In this document: positions 61,149 to 64,000 of the stretch, in pieces | Numbering within the stretch: position 1 is the stretch's first letter | Layout of the letters: each line of letters opens with the position of its first letter | Origin: Synechococcus sp. | GTDB lineage: Bacteria > Cyanobacteriota > Cyanobacteriia > Thermostichales > PCC-7336 | NCBI GenBank assembly: GCA_051439605.1 | Contig: JBFRWN010000017.1 | Span: 160,001 to 224,000, forward strand | Direction: 5' to 3' | DNA length: 64,000 nt | Made by a program: the position numbers and the translations under genes | The notes under the pieces: generated by a model | Told to the model about the DNA's origin: nothing | Seen by the model: the letters and a program-made list of their open reading frames with translations, nothing else | Database searches by the model: none

Positions 61149-62036
61149 ATGAGTCAACAGGAACTTAATAGCATCATTGCCATGCTCCAAGACTTTCAAT
61201 GGAGCGATTCACCATCCCAGATGCGTTCTGACTTTAACGAAGGGTTTTCTTTGCCCCCACATCCCACCGCCAGGGTCAATCCCATCAAGGCTGATGGCGT
61301 GCCTGCCGAGTTGATTTCCTGTCCGGAGGGCAATCCCCAGCTCGTCATCCTATACTTGCACGGTGGTGGCTTCGTCGTCGGATCGCTAACAACCCATCGA
61401 CGCATTGCTTGCGATTTGGCTGAAGCCTCTGGAGCAAGCGTTTTGACGATTTCCTATCGTCTCGCACCCGAACATCCCTATCCCGCAGCATTAGAGGACA
61501 CTCTGACTACCTACCGCTGGTTAGTCAACACCCGGGGGTTCCATCCCGAGCGGGTGGCGATCGCCGGAGATTCAGCTGGCGGCAATCTTGCACTGGCTGC
61601 ATTGCTCTCTCTCAGGGACGCAGGCGAAACCTTACCATCCTCTGCTCTGCTAATTTCCCCCTATTGTGACCTGACCCGAATCAGTCAAACAATCGCCACC
61701 CATGCAGACATCGATCCCATGGTGTCCCCCCAACTTCTGGATACAGTCACACCTTGGTACGCACCCGACGGCGATCTAAGACATCCCCTCTTATCCCCCC
61801 TTTTTGCTGATTTATCTGGTCTCCCTCCTCTCTTAATTCACGTTGGAGCCTCGGAGGTTTTGTTGGATGACGCCCTAAAACTAGCTCGCAAAGCTGGATT
61901 GGCAAATGTCGCCGTAGAACTGAAGGTCTGGCAAAACATGATTCACTGCTTTCATTTATTCGCCCCCATGCTTGAAGAGGGGCGCGGGGCGCTTGAGGAA
62001 GCAGGCAGTTTTCTAAGGCAGCACTTTAATCGGTGA
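61149..62036 (+). CDS. Alpha/beta hydrolase, hormone-sensitive lipase (family IV) esterase
   Basis: HGGG; YRLAPEHPYPA; GDSAGG; E.L.DD; M.H.F. Confidence 0.9.
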   Translation: MSQQELNSIIAMLQDFQWSDSPSQMRSDFNEGFSLPPHPTARVNPIKADGVPAELISCPEGNPQLVILYLHGGGFVVGSLTTHRRIACDLAEASGASVLTISYRLAPEHPYPAALEDTLTTYRWLVNTRGFHPERVAIAGDSAGGNLALAALLSLRDAGETLPSSALLISPYCDLTRISQTIATHADIDPMVSPQLLDTVTPWYAPDGDLRHPLLSPLFADLSGLPPLLIHVGASEVLLDDALKLARKAGLANVAVELKVWQNMIHCFHLFAPMLEEGRGALEEAGSFLRQHFNR

Positions 62037-62078
62037 AAACCTAGGGTGGATAGTGTCTGTTCTAGTGGAGAACCCTCG

Positions 62079-63563
62079 TTATTTGGGCTCTTCTTTCAAT
62101 TCAGATCGATCCAGAATGACCATTTCTTCGTTGATTTGCTGCACCAGCTCTAGGGTGGGGGCATTCGCCATCGCTTGACCCAAATACTCCTGTGCTTGCT
62201 GGCGATCGCCTTGCTGAATATAAACGATGCCTAGGTTGCGCTGAGCCTGCCAGTAATCCGGTTGTAGCTCGATAGCGGCTTCAAAACTTTGCTTCGCAGC
62301 CTCCAGCTCGTTCAAGGACAGCAGCGCCGCACCGCGATTGTTGTGGGCTACAGGCAAGGTGGCATCGGCGGAGATGGCCGCATCGCTGGCAGATAGAGCT
62401 AACGCGTAATTCTCTTGGCTGAGATAAGTATCGGCCAAGTTCGCAGCCGCAATGGCAACCCCACGATCGGTTTGGCTCAGGGCATCTGATGGGTCCCCAT
62501 CAGGTTGGTTCCCTGTTTGGGATAGAGTCAGTTCGTGCTGGGGGGACTGTTCCTCCGGCTCCCAGACAGTATCGGGCTGTGCAGTAGGTTGAGGCTCGGC
62601 AGAGGCGGGGGCAGCCTGCTCAGCTGGCCAAGGGCTAGGCAGTTTGCCATCCATAGCGGATTGAAACGTTGCCGCTGCCGAGTCTAAATCTCCCCGCTGC
62701 GCGTCAATGGCCCCCGCGTCGCTGATCCAACTGGTGGGAATTGCTTCTCCTTGACTCTGCCGCAGTTGAAATGCCCTGAACAGTGAAGCTTCCGCTAAAT
62801 CCAGCATGTCTTCCTGTTGGGCTAGTCTTGCCAAGACAACAAAATCGCGGGGTTGCGACCAACCTGTCGGTAAATCCTTGAGGAACTCGATGGCACTGCG
62901 ATTTGCCCCTAAATTGGCCAGGGCTAAACCGGTTTCCGAGGTGTAAAGCCCGAATCCAGGGTCCAACTGAGCCGCCCGTTTAAAAGCCCGAATTGCTTCG
63001 CGTCCTTCCCCTGATTGCCAAAAGGCGATCGCCGATCGATAGGCTACGGTGGCGGAGGGATTGGTTTTTAAATAGCGATCGTAAGCCTGGGCGGCGTCTT
63101 CCCAATTTTGGGATTTTTCTGAGGCGATGCCATAGTAAAGAAACAGCGATGGACTGGCTACCCCCAGTGACCGCGCCTGATTCAAAAGAATCAAGGTTTC
63201 CAGCCATTCCCCCTCTAACAGCAGCAGCACCGCCAGGTTGCCATAAGCTTCGCTAAAATCTGGATCGAGTTCGATAGCTTTGCGATAGGAGGATATTGCC
63301 CCCAAGCGATCGCCAGCCTGTCGCTGGGCTACACCGAGGTTATTGTACAAACCCGCCTGTTGCGGAGATAGCTGGATGGCCTTTTGGTAGAGTCTGACTG
63401 CTTCAGACCAGTTCTCCGATGCTACCGCTCTCAACGCATCCTGTTGCACGTTTGTGAGAGGTTGTCCCCAAACGGGTGAGGAGAAGACAAGGGTTCCGCC
63501 CGCAACGATGCAGAGGATAAGCTTGCCCAGAATTGAGTAGTTGTGGCGATTCTGATGCCTCAT
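62079..63563 (-). CDS. Exported tetratricopeptide repeat protein
   Basis: Signal peptide and multiple TPRs (YNNLG..., AHNNRG, A.RNLG). ATG at 63563 lies next to the upstream stop. Confidence 0.85.
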   Translation of the reverse strand: MRHQNRHNYSILGKLILCIVAGGTLVFSSPVWGQPLTNVQQDALRAVASENWSEAVRLYQKAIQLSPQQAGLYNNLGVAQRQAGDRLGAISSYRKAIELDPDFSEAYGNLAVLLLLEGEWLETLILLNQARSLGVASPSLFLYYGIASEKSQNWEDAAQAYDRYLKTNPSATVAYRSAIAFWQSGEGREAIRAFKRAAQLDPGFGLYTSETGLALANLGANRSAIEFLKDLPTGWSQPRDFVVLARLAQQEDMLDLAEASLFRAFQLRQSQGEAIPTSWISDAGAIDAQRGDLDSAAATFQSAMDGKLPSPWPAEQAAPASAEPQPTAQPDTVWEPEEQSPQHELTLSQTGNQPDGDPSDALSQTDRGVAIAAANLADTYLSQENYALALSASDAAISADATLPVAHNNRGAALLSLNELEAAKQSFEAAIELQPDYWQAQRNLGIVYIQQGDRQQAQEYLGQAMANAPTLELVQQINEEMVILDRSELKEEPK

Positions 63564-63564
63564 T

Positions 63565-64000
63565 TCAGTTGCTCCCCCCGTCGACTGGGTCTTGAGAATT
63601 TCCTCCTGCATTATCTGGCTCCGGCACAGGCTGAAGTAAAAGATCTTCAGCAGCGGTAGATGGCCCTACGAAGCCTGGACTAGGGGATTCTGATGGACGC
63701 TCCTGCTGTTGGCTCGCGGGTGCGGCCACCGGGCTGACTGCAATCGCGACCGGAACAATCGTGCTACCCCCATTGCTATCGGAGAGGGTGTAAGTGAAGC
63801 TGGCATCCCCGCTAAATGTATCTGTGGGAGTGAAAGTGACAGTGCCATCGGTATTGAGGACAACCGTTCCATTGACCGCATCCTGTACCGAGGTAACGAC
63901 CAGCGCATCGCCATCCAAGTCGGAGTCGTTGCCCAACAAATCAGCAGACTCGAAAGTCAACGATGTATTTGCCGGCATAGTACCAGAATCAGGAGTGCCC
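63565..64000 (-). CDS. C-terminal end of a large protein with a cadherin-like/tandem-95 (Big_9) Ig domain; truncated by the window edge
   Basis: DLLGNDSDLDGDAL.VTSV....NGTV.L..DGTVTFTP...F.G.ASFTYT.SD.NGG. Confidence 0.8.
   Translation of the reverse strand, partial: GTPDSGTMPANTSLTFESADLLGNDSDLDGDALVVTSVQDAVNGTVVLNTDGTVTFTPTDTFSGDASFTYTLSDSNGGSTIVPVAIAVSPVAAPASQQQERPSESPSPGFVGPSTAAEDLLLQPVPEPDNAGGNSQDPVDGGSN

Larger units (their letters stand above)
4247..63313. repeat. Dispersed HIP1 octamers (GCGATCGC) throughout the window
   Basis: Dozens of occurrences, e.g. near 4247, 5248, 7505, 12264, 12407, 19586, 37383, 51841, 63306. A cyanobacterial genome signature. Confidence 0.9.

Noticed and set aside
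1..64000. CRISPR array, cas genes, transposases, integrases, phage genes, rRNA
   Set aside because: No repeat-spacer structure and no recognisable motifs for any of these were seen.

Overview
A 64-kb stretch of a cyanobacterial chromosome. Evidence for this is apcD, an hli gene, petH, a cyanobacterial rpoZ and many HIP1 GCGATCGC octamers; the CpcD-less FNR hints at an early-branching lineage. Most genes are housekeeping, metabolic or transport genes: prfB with its +1 frameshift, tyrA, galE, acs, petH, tRNA-Ala(GGC), apcD, a PilT paralogue, def, rpoZ, rimO, rimP-nusA, several ABC/TRAP components, and hupE behind a cobalamin riboswitch. I found no CRISPR array, rRNA, transposase or prophage. 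Five features stand out: (1) a small gene fusing an IF2 N-terminal-like domain to a CpcD-like phycobilisome-linker domain, lying inverted 2.7 kb downstream of a rimP-nusA operon that lacks its usual ylxR-infB; (2) a compact cmoB / cmoA-like / trhO cluster that could encode a complete wobble-uridine (cmo5U) pathway; (3) a type I secretion locus whose HlyD adaptor is fused to an intact response-regulator receiver; (4) three tandem copies of a receiver plus small DUF5678-like module; (5) a cobalamin riboswitch carrying an extra ~50-nt hairpin. Several small ORFs missed by the ORF track are also reported. All family assignments come from motif recognition by eye, not from database searches.
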